From Phycisphaeraceae bacterium (GTDB lineage Bacteria; Planctomycetota; Phycisphaerae; Phycisphaerales; Phycisphaeraceae), in assembly GCA_963674705.1 (NCBI GenBank), contig OY771506.1:2240001-2304000 (forward strand): 64,000 nt of DNA. The letters are read 5' to 3'. Of this stretch, positions 18,217 to 27,501 are shown piece by piece. The notes under the pieces were generated by a model. The model did no database searches. It was not told the origin of the DNA and saw only the letters and a list, made by a program, of their open reading frames with translations. Every line of letters begins with the position of its first letter. The first letter of the stretch is position 1. The position numbers and the translations under genes are program-made.

Positions 18217-18915
18217 ATGAAGTATCTGGCAGCCGGCCTGGTATTGATGGGTAGCTCGTTCGCGATCGCGTCGGGGCCCTCGTCGTCGTTATATGTTGCC
18301 GATGAGCAGCCGGCATATCGCGCGCCGGGCGAAGAGCCGAGCACGCTTTCGCCCGCGATTGCGCAGAACAGTTTCTACGCGGTGCAGGTGCCCGAACCGA
18401 GGCAGTTCGCTCAGAACGACCTGGTCACCGTCATCATTCGTGAGTCATTCAAGACCGACTTGAAGGCATCGCTTGAGACGAAGAAAGATACAAAGGTTGA
18501 CGGCGAGATAACCGACTTCATTGACGTCAACAAGTTGCTTGAAGCGATTGTCGAGCCGAATACGTTCTCGAACGGGAATCCGGCCGTCGGCGTGAACTTC
18601 AGCAAAGACTGGAACGGTGACGGCGATTACTCGCGTGAAGAAAGCATGACGGGTCGGATGACGGCTCGCGTGGCTGATGTGAAGCCGAACGGCACGCTGG
18701 TGCTCGAAGCGCGTCAGACCATGATCAACGACAAGGAAGAAGTGGCGGTTGTATTGACCGGCACGTGTCGTGCGGCGGATGTCACGATTGACAACACGGT
18801 GCTGTCGACTGAGCTGTATGACCTGCACCTGGATAAGCAGCACAAGGGCGCATTGAAAGAGACAACGAAGAAGGGGTTGATTACGAAGATTTTTGATGCG
18901 TTGTTTGCGTTCTGA
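18217..18915 (+). CDS. flgH: Flagellar L-ring protein FlgH
   Basis: DLVTVIIRE, ARVADVKPNGTLVLE, LTGTCRAADVTIDNTVLS. Confidence 0.9.
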   Translation: MKYLAAGLVLMGSSFAIASGPSSSLYVADEQPAYRAPGEEPSTLSPAIAQNSFYAVQVPEPRQFAQNDLVTVIIRESFKTDLKASLETKKDTKVDGEITDFIDVNKLLEAIVEPNTFSNGNPAVGVNFSKDWNGDGDYSREESMTGRMTARVADVKPNGTLVLEARQTMINDKEEVAVVLTGTCRAADVTIDNTVLSTELYDLHLDKQHKGALKETTKKGLITKIFDALFAF

Positions 18916-18960
18916 ATCAGTATTGGAAGATCCACGGCGGAGCCGTAAGGGATTGAAGTC

Positions 18961-20049
18961 ATGATGAATTTGCGAAGCATTTTAATGATGATGGTTCTGG
19001 GTCTGCTGCTGAGCGTGGCATTGCCTGCGGGGGCGGTGCAGGTTCAGGACATTGCTCGTCTGAAGGGATCGGAATCGAGCAAGATCATCGGTATGGGTCT
19101 GGTGGTCGGTCTACCCGGCACGGGTGACGGCGGGAAGTTTGAGCCGGCGATGCGTCCATTGGCGCAGATGATCGGTCGTTTTGTGGACCCGAACACGATG
19201 GCCAGTGAGTTGAAAGACTCGAAGAACGTGGCGCTGGTGAGTATCACGGCGGAGCTTCCGGAGAACGGCGTGCGTGAAGGTGATCGCGTGACGGTGCGTG
19301 TTTCTTCGGTGGGTCCGGCGAAGAGCCTGGCGGGCGGCACGCTGTTGATGACGCCGTTAATGGCACCGCGGCCGGATGTCGAGTTGATTTACGCGTTTGC
19401 CGAGGGTCAGGTAACGATCGAGGATGAAAACACGCCGACGGTCGGGATCATTTCGCAAGGCGCGCAGTTGACACGCGACATCATGACGCGTCACGTGGAG
19501 AACGGGCAGGTGACGCTGGTGATCGACGAGGCGCATGCATCCTGGCCCGTTGCTCGTAACTTGGCGCAGAACATTAATGATGAATTGAATCCCGAGGGGA
19601 CGCCCTTGGCGCGGGCGATCGGGCCGAAGAACGTGACGGTGCAGTTGCCGATGTGGGAGCGTGCGGACCCGTCGCTGTTCATCAGCAAGCTGATGGTGAT
19701 GTCTTTCCCGACACCGCTGATGCCTTTGGAGGCGCGTGTGGTGATTAATAAGCGCACGGGGACGATCGTGATGTCGGGTGATGTAGAGATCAGCCCGGTG
19801 GTGATTTCGAAGAGTGGTTTGACGATCACTCGGATCACGCCGACGCCGCAGCCGGATCAGTTCAACCCGGTGGAGACCGAGGATCGGTTCATCGGTGTGG
19901 ACCCGTCGGGGCAGGGCGGCGCGAAGCTGGCGGACCTGATCGAGGCGTTTAACCAGTTGAAGGTGGATGCGAAGGACCGGATCGAGGTGATCGAGGCGAT
20001 CAATGCTGCGGGTCACCTGCACGCGAAGCTTGAGTATCAGCAGAACTAA
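18961..20049 (+). CDS. flgI: Flagellar P-ring protein FlgI
   Basis: GMGLVVGLPGTGDG, KNVALVSITAELP, AKSLAGGTLLMTPL, ARVVINKRTGTIV. Confidence 0.93.
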   Translation: MMNLRSILMMMVLGLLLSVALPAGAVQVQDIARLKGSESSKIIGMGLVVGLPGTGDGGKFEPAMRPLAQMIGRFVDPNTMASELKDSKNVALVSITAELPENGVREGDRVTVRVSSVGPAKSLAGGTLLMTPLMAPRPDVELIYAFAEGQVTIEDENTPTVGIISQGAQLTRDIMTRHVENGQVTLVIDEAHASWPVARNLAQNINDELNPEGTPLARAIGPKNVTVQLPMWERADPSLFISKLMVMSFPTPLMPLEARVVINKRTGTIVMSGDVEISPVVISKSGLTITRITPTPQPDQFNPVETEDRFIGVDPSGQGGAKLADLIEAFNQLKVDAKDRIEVIEAINAAGHLHAKLEYQQN

Positions 20050-20052
20050 ACC

Positions 20053-20469
20053 ATGAACGTTCAGCTCATCAACAACACGATGGCGGCGGCCTCACTTGTT
20101 CGGGAATCCGAGCGGGAGGGGGGCGACTTTGCATCGGTGTTGAAGGGTCAGCGGGGTGTGGCGACGGCTGAAGAGAACTACGGGTTGAGCGAAGAAGAAT
20201 CGCAGACGATCCGGACAGCGGCTGAACAGTTGGTGGCGACGACGTTTATCAACCCGATGCTGGCGAAGATGCGTGACGATCCGTTTAAGAGTGATCTGTT
20301 CCACGGCGGAAGGGGTGAAGAGGTGTTCGGGCAGCAACTGGACACGATGTACTCAGACCGGATCGTATCAAGCACGGATTTTGCGATCGTGGACGCTGTG
20401 TATGACCGGATCGCCAGCAGCGCGGCGAAGAACCACAGGCAGGAATCGAAAGTAGACACCCATGCTTGA
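20053..20469 (+). CDS. flgJ: Short FlgJ (rod-binding domain only)
   Basis: AAEQLVATTFINPMLAKMR...GGRGEEVFGQQLD; follows flgI; no muramidase domain. Confidence 0.8.
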   Translation: MNVQLINNTMAAASLVRESEREGGDFASVLKGQRGVATAEENYGLSEEESQTIRTAAEQLVATTFINPMLAKMRDDPFKSDLFHGGRGEEVFGQQLDTMYSDRIVSSTDFAIVDAVYDRIASSAAKNHRQESKVDTHA

Positions 20470-20980
20470 TCCGAAGAAAGCCAACCTGGTTCTGAAGCTT
20501 GAGGCGACGCTGAAGCAGCAACTGACCCTGCACGGCGAGCTGCTCGAGTTGCTTCAGCGCAAGCGAGAGGTGTTGCGCACGAGTGACAACGATTCGCTGA
20601 CGGGTGTTTGCATCCTGGAGCACGAGAAGCTGCAGAAGATTGCGGAGCTTGAGAAGCAGCGGTTGAAGCTGGTGGCGCAGTTGACGCTGCTGGTGGAGCC
20701 GGGCGCGCGAGAGCCGATGCGGATGGCGCAGTTGGCGGACAAGCTCGGGGAGCCGGTGCGTGGACGGATGCTGGTGGCGCGGCATCAGTTGCTCGAGAAG
20801 ATGAAGCAGGTGCAGGCGGAGACGAACATCGTGCGTCGAGCGACCGAAGCGATGGCGAACCATTTGCAGGGCGTGGTGCAGACATTGGGTGCGCTTAGCG
20901 CGGGCGTGGCGACGTATGGGCGGCGCGGCGCGTTACCACAGAAGCAAGCGGCGGTGAGTACGTTCAGTGCGACGGCGTGA
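20462..20980 (+). CDS. flgN: Flagellar export chaperone FlgN
   Basis: Helical protein between flgJ and flgK with a C-terminal TYGRRG motif. Confidence 0.8.
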   Translation: MLDPKKANLVLKLEATLKQQLTLHGELLELLQRKREVLRTSDNDSLTGVCILEHEKLQKIAELEKQRLKLVAQLTLLVEPGAREPMRMAQLADKLGEPVRGRMLVARHQLLEKMKQVQAETNIVRRATEAMANHLQGVVQTLGALSAGVATYGRRGALPQKQAAVSTFSATA

Positions 20981-21020
20981 TTGAGAGTGGCTAACAGCGA
21001 TTAGCTAAAGGCATAGAACC

Positions 21021-22739
21021 ATGGGAATGCTTGGCACCTTACAGATCGGCAAATCGGGGCTGCTCGCCTCGCAGGCGGCGCTACAGGTGGTGGGCAACAA
21101 CCTGGCGAACCTGGCGACGGAGGGGTATCACCGCCAGAACATCACGCTTGAGCCGGAGACGGCGCAGCAGATCGGGCCGGGGATGTTCATCGGACGGGGC
21201 GTGACGATCCAGTCGATCACACGCGCAGCGGATGAGGCGCTGGAAGCGCGGCTGCGCAATGCGATCTCGGATGAGGGCGCGGCGGATGTACGCCAATCGT
21301 TGCTCGGGCGGATCGAAGCGATCCAGAACGAATTCACGGACACGGACCTGTCGACGATTATGTCGGAGTTCTTCAACGCGTTCAGCGAGTTGTCGAACAA
21401 CCCGCAGGATATGTCGCTGCGATCGATGGTGATCGAGCAGGCGGGGACGCTGACGTCGTTTATCCGCGAGCTTGATTCGAACCTGGGCAGCATGGAGCAG
21501 CAGACGATCGCGCAGATCGATCAGACGACGGCGACCGCGAATGATCTGCTGAACCGGATCGCAACGTTAAACCAGCAGATCAGCGTACAGAGCCGGGGCT
21601 CGGGCGGCGCACCTTCGCTGCGCGATCAGCGTGACGCGCTGCTGGCCGAGTTGTCGCAGTACATGGATATCTCGACGGTCGAGCAGGAAAGCGGCTCGGT
21701 CGATGTGTTTGTTGGTTCGCTGCCGATCATCTTGAACAGCACCAACCGGGGGATCGAGGTTGTCAACAAGAGCATCGACGGCGAGACGGTGACGCAAATC
21801 GTGATCTCCGCGGACAAGAGCCCGTTGGACCTGACGTCCGGCGAACTCGGGGCGTTGATCGAATTCAAGGAAGGGGATATCAAGGACGCGATCGGCGCGG
21901 TGGACGAGCTTGCCTCGCAATTGATCTGGCAGGTGAACCGTCTGCACTCACAGGGCCAGGGTACGGAGCTGTTGGATGGCGTGACGACGGCTTCGTTGGT
22001 GAGTGATCCGACGTTGACGCTGGACGATCCGGACAATGGGCTGGCGTTTACGCCGCAGCACGGTTCGTTCCAGTTACACGTGATCCAGCAGTCGACGGGG
22101 CAGGTGGTCACGACGACGATCGATATCGACCTGGACGAAATCAATCCGGCGACGAATACGACGCTGAACTCGCTTGCGGCAGATATCAATGCGGTAGCGA
22201 ATGTGACGGCGTCGGTGAATGCGGCGGGGCAGATCGTGATCGATACGGGCACCAGCGACTTCCAGATCGCGTTCGGCGACGACACGTCGGGTGTTCTTGC
22301 GGCGCTTGGGATCAATACGTTCTTCACGGGTAAGGATGCGTTTGACATCGATGTGAACACGGTTGTGGAAGAGAGCCCGGGCCTGATCGCCGCGGCATAT
22401 TCCGGGCCGGAGGGTGCGAACCCGGGTGATAACAGCGTGGCGCTGTCGATCGCGTCGTTGCGTGATGACGGGTTGGACGATCTGAACGGCCTGAGCCTGA
22501 CGGAGTACTGGAGCCGACACGTCGGCGACTTTGCGGTGCGTCGGGCGCAGTCGCGTGAGGAGCTGGCGTCGACGACGGTGATCCGTGAAGGATTGGCGAC
22601 GCAGCAACAGTCGGTTTCGGGTGTGAACGCGGATGAAGAAACGATCGACCTGATCATGTACCAGCGAGCGTACCAGGCGAGTGCGCGGCTGCTGACGGTG
22701 ATTGATGAATTGATGCAGACATTGATGGCAGCGGTTTAG
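21021..22739 (+). CDS. flgK: Hook-associated protein FlgK
   Basis: GNNLANLATEGYHRQ, LRDQRD, SVSGVNADEE...YQRAYQASARL. Confidence 0.93.
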   Translation: MGMLGTLQIGKSGLLASQAALQVVGNNLANLATEGYHRQNITLEPETAQQIGPGMFIGRGVTIQSITRAADEALEARLRNAISDEGAADVRQSLLGRIEAIQNEFTDTDLSTIMSEFFNAFSELSNNPQDMSLRSMVIEQAGTLTSFIRELDSNLGSMEQQTIAQIDQTTATANDLLNRIATLNQQISVQSRGSGGAPSLRDQRDALLAELSQYMDISTVEQESGSVDVFVGSLPIILNSTNRGIEVVNKSIDGETVTQIVISADKSPLDLTSGELGALIEFKEGDIKDAIGAVDELASQLIWQVNRLHSQGQGTELLDGVTTASLVSDPTLTLDDPDNGLAFTPQHGSFQLHVIQQSTGQVVTTTIDIDLDEINPATNTTLNSLAADINAVANVTASVNAAGQIVIDTGTSDFQIAFGDDTSGVLAALGINTFFTGKDAFDIDVNTVVEESPGLIAAAYSGPEGANPGDNSVALSIASLRDDGLDDLNGLSLTEYWSRHVGDFAVRRAQSREELASTTVIREGLATQQQSVSGVNADEETIDLIMYQRAYQASARLLTVIDELMQTLMAAV

Positions 22740-22818
22740 CAGACGAAAGGATTGTTGCCGTGAGCGATCACGGTCAAGCGTAAGTGGGGTAATTAACCCG
22801 ACACGGGCCTAGAAGAAC

Positions 22819-24768
22819 ATGGCTACCACACCAGCCTTATCCCGGACGACCTCGTTGATGCAGGGCAACCTGATGTTGTCGCGTCTGCGTCAAACGAACT
22901 CGAGCATGTACGATCTGCAGCGGCAGATCAGCACGGGCTTGAAGCAGTCTGTGCCTTCGGACGATCCCAGCGCGACTAGCGGGATCATGTTCCTGCAGGA
23001 CGCTTTGTCTTCCCGGAGCCAGTACCAGAGCAATCTGAATCACGCGTTGGCGGTATTGAACGACATCGACCAGGCGCTGGGTGAGTCGAACAATATCCTG
23101 GTTGAGTCGCAGACGATCGCATCGAGCCTGATCAACGCCAGCACGGAGGAGCGCGAGGCCGAGGCTTTGGTGATCGATGCGCAACTTCAGGCGATGATGG
23201 ACATCGGCAACCTTCAGCTTAACGGTCTGTCGATTTTTGGCGGCAACGCCGGGGCGGCTGATAACGGTCTGATTTTCGAGGCATTTCTCGGCGGCATCCG
23301 TTACACGGGGTCGGATGAAAATCTCGCCGCCGACTCGGGCGTGTTGGAAGAGTATGCGTTTACGAGTAACGGTGTCGAAGCGTTTGGCGCACTGAGTGCG
23401 CGGGTGGCATCCATTATTGATCTGGACCCCGACGCGACGGTGGATACGAAGATCAACACGCTCGATGGCGTGAAGAGTCTGGGCGTTACACTGGGTGAGG
23501 TGAGTCTGACGGTTGATGGCACGCAGGTCATGGTGGACCTGAGCGATGCGAACACGCTGGGCGACGTACTTTCCCGACTCAACCTGGCGATCGACGACAT
23601 CAATCCCGCCGCGGGCTGGCTCGCTTTGGGTACGACGGGTTTTGAGCTGACCAACACCGCCGGCCACACGATCGTGATCGATGACATTGGCAACGGCCGG
23701 GTTGCGACCGATCTGGGCCTTGAATTGACCGCTATCCAACCCGGCGGTGTCACACGCTTCGGTGGCGACGTGCAACCACGACTCACACTCACTACCGAAC
23801 TGTCGGACCTCGGCCCGGCGATCGACTTGGCCAGCGGCCTGCTGATCACGCAAGGTGAACAAACACGCACGGCTGACTTCTCCTCGGCGAACACGGTTCA
23901 GGACCTGGTCAACGAGATCGATCGTTTGCAACTTGGATTACGGCTTGAGATTAACGATGAGGGCACCGGGTTGAACCTGGTCAGCGAGGTCAGCGGCATC
24001 AGCCTGTCCGTCGGGGAGAACGGCGGGACGACCGCGAGCGACCTGGGCATCAGGACTTATGGCCCGAACACATCGCTCTCCGACTTCCGTAACGGTCTTG
24101 GCATCGAGCCGATCACCGGGCAGGACGACATGCTGTTCACGGTAAACAACGGCATGAGTTTCGGTGTCGACGCGTCGGGGCTCGGGACGGTGGATGAGTT
24201 GATCACGGCGATCGAGGACGCGGCGACCGCGGCCGGACTGACGGTGGGCGTCAACTTCAGCGTGGACTACGTCAGCAGCGGCAACGGACTGGTGTTCACT
24301 GACAACACAGCCGGCATCAATGGATTCACGATCGAGCGTGTAGGTGAGAGCCTTGTGGCGGACCAGTTGGGCATGCTCAAGGAAGACGGCACCGCGCTAA
24401 CGTTCACCAGCAGTGATGAAGCGATGGTGCGTGTGGAGAATGTTTTTACACATTTAACAGATTTACGTGATGCATTACTAAATGATGACACGCTTGGCAT
24501 CACAATTGCTGCAGGCAAGTTGGATGTGGACACCCAACAGGTGACCCAGGCCCGCGCAACAGTCGGTGTGAGGGCTCAAAGAGTAGAGCGACAGATAGAG
24601 CGCTCAGAGGATTTAAAGCTCATGGAAGAAACAATGCTCAGCGATTTGCGGGACGCGGACCTGACGGAAGTCATCACGCGTTATTCGCAGCTACAAGTTG
24701 AGCTACAAGCTTCACTGCAGATCGGTGCGCAAAACCTGCAGTACAGCCTTTTGGACTTCTTGCGTTAG
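22819..24768 (+). CDS. flgL: Hook-associated protein FlgL (long form)
   Basis: QISTG..PSDDP N-terminus; flagellin-like C-terminus SDLRDADLTE...SLLDFLR. Confidence 0.88.
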   Translation: MATTPALSRTTSLMQGNLMLSRLRQTNSSMYDLQRQISTGLKQSVPSDDPSATSGIMFLQDALSSRSQYQSNLNHALAVLNDIDQALGESNNILVESQTIASSLINASTEEREAEALVIDAQLQAMMDIGNLQLNGLSIFGGNAGAADNGLIFEAFLGGIRYTGSDENLAADSGVLEEYAFTSNGVEAFGALSARVASIIDLDPDATVDTKINTLDGVKSLGVTLGEVSLTVDGTQVMVDLSDANTLGDVLSRLNLAIDDINPAAGWLALGTTGFELTNTAGHTIVIDDIGNGRVATDLGLELTAIQPGGVTRFGGDVQPRLTLTTELSDLGPAIDLASGLLITQGEQTRTADFSSANTVQDLVNEIDRLQLGLRLEINDEGTGLNLVSEVSGISLSVGENGGTTASDLGIRTYGPNTSLSDFRNGLGIEPITGQDDMLFTVNNGMSFGVDASGLGTVDELITAIEDAATAAGLTVGVNFSVDYVSSGNGLVFTDNTAGINGFTIERVGESLVADQLGMLKEDGTALTFTSSDEAMVRVENVFTHLTDLRDALLNDDTLGITIAAGKLDVDTQQVTQARATVGVRAQRVERQIERSEDLKLMEETMLSDLRDADLTEVITRYSQLQVELQASLQIGAQNLQYSLLDFLR

Positions 24769-24828
24769 TAAGCGCAAGGCTTGCGCTACCCGCCGGCGTT
24801 ACGGCCAGCGGCGGGTAACGGTAGATGG

Positions 24829-24898
24829 CGGCAGGAGCCGTCAACCCGGGTCGGAGGCCCGGGCTCGGAAATCCAGGACGGACGGCCGTGTTTGAGGA
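24829..24898 (+). promoter_or_regulatory. Putative CsrA-binding GGA hairpins in the fliW leader
   Basis: cggc-AGGA-gccg, cccgggt-CGGAG-gcccggg, tcc-AGGAC-gga, plus GAGGA SD. Confidence 0.55.
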
Positions 24899-24906
24899 CT
24901 GTGGTC

Positions 24907-25356
24907 ATGTTGATCAATACCTCGCGATTCGGTGAAGTGGACGTGGACCAGACCCGCATCATCAGCTTCCCCAAGGGGCTGCTTGGCTTTCCGAAGTACA
25001 GGCAGTTCGTGCTGATCGAGGCCGGCGAAGACAGCTACTTCTGGTGGCTGCAATCGATCGAGCTTCCTGACCTGGCGTTCGTGGTCACGGACCCGAGCCT
25101 GTTCGTGCCGACCTACAAGGTCCCGATGAAGGCCGAGCAGATGCAGGAGATGGGCCTGGAGTCGCTGGCCGACGCCCAGGTGTTTGTGATCGTGAACAAG
25201 CGCGGTCAGGTCCTGACCGGGAACCTGCAGGGGCCCCTGGTCATCCACTGCGGCAAGCGTGTCGGTGAGCAGTTGGTCTTAAGCGATCGGCGTTTCACGA
25301 CCCGTGTTCCTCTGATCGAGCTGGGCGCCCCGGCGGTTACGGCGGCCTCGGCCTGA
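24907..25356 (+). CDS. fliW: Flagellar assembly factor FliW
   Basis: MLINTSRFGEV, FPKGLLGF, WLQS..LAFVVTDP, TGNLQGPLVI. Confidence 0.93.
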   Translation: MLINTSRFGEVDVDQTRIISFPKGLLGFPKYRQFVLIEAGEDSYFWWLQSIELPDLAFVVTDPSLFVPTYKVPMKAEQMQEMGLESLADAQVFVIVNKRGQVLTGNLQGPLVIHCGKRVGEQLVLSDRRFTTRVPLIELGAPAVTAASA

Positions 25357-25439
25357 ACCTCGCCGGGCCTTGAGTGTGCGGGTTCGGCTAAGAGAAGACG
25401 TGCATTGAATACGAACGTGAACAACAGCGAGACGCGCAC

Positions 25440-25480
25440 GCCGCAAGGATGCGGCAGCTACGCGACAAGGCCCAAGGAAG
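25440..25480 (+). promoter_or_regulatory. Putative CsrA-binding sites in the csrA leader
   Basis: gccgc-AAGGAT-gcggc hairpin followed by CAAGGAAGGAG at the SD. Confidence 0.65.
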
Positions 25481-25492
25481 GAGCCCGAACCA

Positions 25493-25753
25493 ATGCTGGT
25501 TCTATCGCGTCAACGCGACGAGACGATCATGATCGGCGACGAGATCGAGATCACGGTCGTGGATATCCGGGGGGACAAAGTGAGGCTGGGAATCTCCGCG
25601 CCCAGGCAGGTCCAGGTGCACCGCAAGGAGGTCTACGAGGCCATCCAACGCGAGAACACGTCAGCCACCCGGGTCCAGGTCGACGACCTGAACACTGCGG
25701 ATCAAAACCTGCGAAAGCACAACGGCAAGCCGCCGGGTGCACGCCAACCATAG
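25493..25753 (+). CDS. csrA: Carbon storage regulator CsrA
   Basis: MLVLSRQRDETIMIGD...VRLGISAP..VHRKEVYEAIQREN, with the C-terminal extension typical of FliW-regulated CsrA. Confidence 0.96.
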   Translation: MLVLSRQRDETIMIGDEIEITVVDIRGDKVRLGISAPRQVQVHRKEVYEAIQRENTSATRVQVDDLNTADQNLRKHNGKPPGARQP

Positions 25754-25864
25754 ATCGAGGCCTAGCCTCAGCGTGGCGAGGGCCTGTCACCCAAGCCGGT
25801 TTCCCGGATTTTTAACACGATGTGTACTTCTCGCCGGCAACAAACTAAGCACGGCGAATGACCG

Positions 25865-25884
25865 GACAATCAAGGAGGATTGTC
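25865..25884 (+). promoter_or_regulatory. Hairpin presenting the flagellin SD (AAGGAG) in its loop; putative CsrA site
   Basis: Perfect GACAATC/GATTGTC stem ending just before ATG 25886. Confidence 0.7.
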
Positions 25885-25885
25885 A

Positions 25886-27355
25886 ATGACACGGATCAAC
25901 ACCAACGTTTCTTCGCTGATAGCCCAGCGTAACCTGGCCAAGACCAATGATGACCTGAGCACCAGGCTGCAGCGGCTGAGCACGGGTCTTCAGATCAACC
26001 GCGGAGCGGATGACCCCGCCGGCTTGATCGTCTCTGAACGCTTGCGGACAGAGATCTCCGGCGTCGGGCAGGCTGTGGACAACATCGAACGTGCCAGCAA
26101 CGTCATCGCGACCGCCGAAGGCGCTCTATCGGAAATCAGCGACCTGCTGATCTCCATGAAGAGCCTCGTGGTGGAAGCGGCGAACACGGGCGCCTTTTCT
26201 GATGATGAAATCAAGGCCAACCAGTTGCAGATCGACTCGGCCATCGACTCGATCACACGTATCGCCAACACCACCAGTTTCGCCGGCCTCAAGCTGCTCA
26301 ACGGCTCGCTGGACTATGTCCACCAGGGCCTGACCGCCAGCCAGATCAGCGACGTCAAGATCACCGGCGTGAACTTCGGCACCAACTCAACGTTGCCGGT
26401 CACCGTCGAAGTGCTCAACTCCGCTGAGACCGCGACGATGTACATCTCCGCCGCCAATCCGGCGACCGGATCGACGATCCTCTCCAGCATCAACTTCTCC
26501 ATCGCGGGGGTTAATGGTGTGGAGGTCTTCGAGTACGTCTCCGGTACGAAGCTGTCGGCGATCGTATTCGGTTTGAACGCGGTGTCCGACGCCACGGGCG
26601 TCTCTGCATCGCTGGTGAACACCTCTGCGATCCAGATCAACAGCCTGTCGTTTGGTTCGGAAAATTACGTTTCGGTCAAGAAGCTCAATAACGAAAACCA
26701 GAGCTTCCGCGTCGTGGACGCACTGGGCGGTACGGAAATCAACCGTGATGAAGGTGCGGACGTGCTGGCACTGGTCAACGGCAACCTCGCGCTGGGTGAC
26801 GGCCTTGATGTGACCCTGCGGACAACCTCGTTGAGCCTGGAACTGTCGCTGACCTCCGGGTCCGCGCAGACACTCAATACGCCTTACACCTTCACGATCA
26901 CCGGCGGTGGGGCGACCTACCAGATCGGCCCGAGCATCAACAGCCAGCAGCAGATCGGCTTCGGCATCCAGTCCGTGGCCGCGAACAACCTCGGCAACTC
27001 GGTCGTCGGCTACCTCAGCAGCATGAAGAGCGGCGGCTCCAACTCGCTGGTGCAGGGTTCAGACCCGGCCGACCAGGCCAGGATGGCTGCGGATGTACTC
27101 GACGAATCGATCGACCAGGTCTCGATCCTCCGAGGCCGACTCGGCGCCTTCGAGAAGAACACGTTACAGACGACATTGCGAAGCTCGCAGATCGCGATGG
27201 AGAACCTGACGGCTTCCGAAAGCGACATCCGCGACACCGACTTCGCCGAAGAGACCGCGAAGTTGACACGTGCCCAGATCCTGCAGCAGGCAGGCACGCA
27301 GACACTGGCGATCGCGAATCAGAACGCCTCGAACGTACTAGCACTGCTCGGCTAA
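25886..27355 (+). CDS. fliC: Flagellin
   Basis: RINTNVSSL, RLSTGLQINRGADDPAGL, LRGRLGAF, SESDIRDTDFAEE, QILQQAG. Confidence 0.95.
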   Translation: MTRINTNVSSLIAQRNLAKTNDDLSTRLQRLSTGLQINRGADDPAGLIVSERLRTEISGVGQAVDNIERASNVIATAEGALSEISDLLISMKSLVVEAANTGAFSDDEIKANQLQIDSAIDSITRIANTTSFAGLKLLNGSLDYVHQGLTASQISDVKITGVNFGTNSTLPVTVEVLNSAETATMYISAANPATGSTILSSINFSIAGVNGVEVFEYVSGTKLSAIVFGLNAVSDATGVSASLVNTSAIQINSLSFGSENYVSVKKLNNENQSFRVVDALGGTEINRDEGADVLALVNGNLALGDGLDVTLRTTSLSLELSLTSGSAQTLNTPYTFTITGGGATYQIGPSINSQQQIGFGIQSVAANNLGNSVVGYLSSMKSGGSNSLVQGSDPADQARMAADVLDESIDQVSILRGRLGAFEKNTLQTTLRSSQIAMENLTASESDIRDTDFAEETAKLTRAQILQQAGTQTLAIANQNASNVLALLG

Positions 27356-27445
27356 CGTTCCGCGCCGGCCCTATCGGTGGGGTAGGGCAGCGCGGCGCCG
27401 AGTGGCGTGAGTTCGTTGGAAAGGCAATACGCCTAAGGTGACCGG

Positions 27446-27478
27446 CCCTCACCCCGGCCCTCTCCCAAGGGGAGAGGG
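27446..27478. repeat. CCCTCACCCC..CCCTCTCCC-N-GGGAGAGGG repeat/hairpin after flagellin
   Basis: ccctcaccccggccctctcccaaggggagaggg; a widespread short palindromic repeat type that may also act as a terminator. Confidence 0.6.
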
Positions 27479-27501
27479 AGTAAGCGGTCTGAAGTTTCAC
27501 C

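Noticed and set aside
21626..23931. Long minus-strand ORFs (343 and 364 aa)
   Set aside because: Shadows of flgK and flgL with no recognisable motifs
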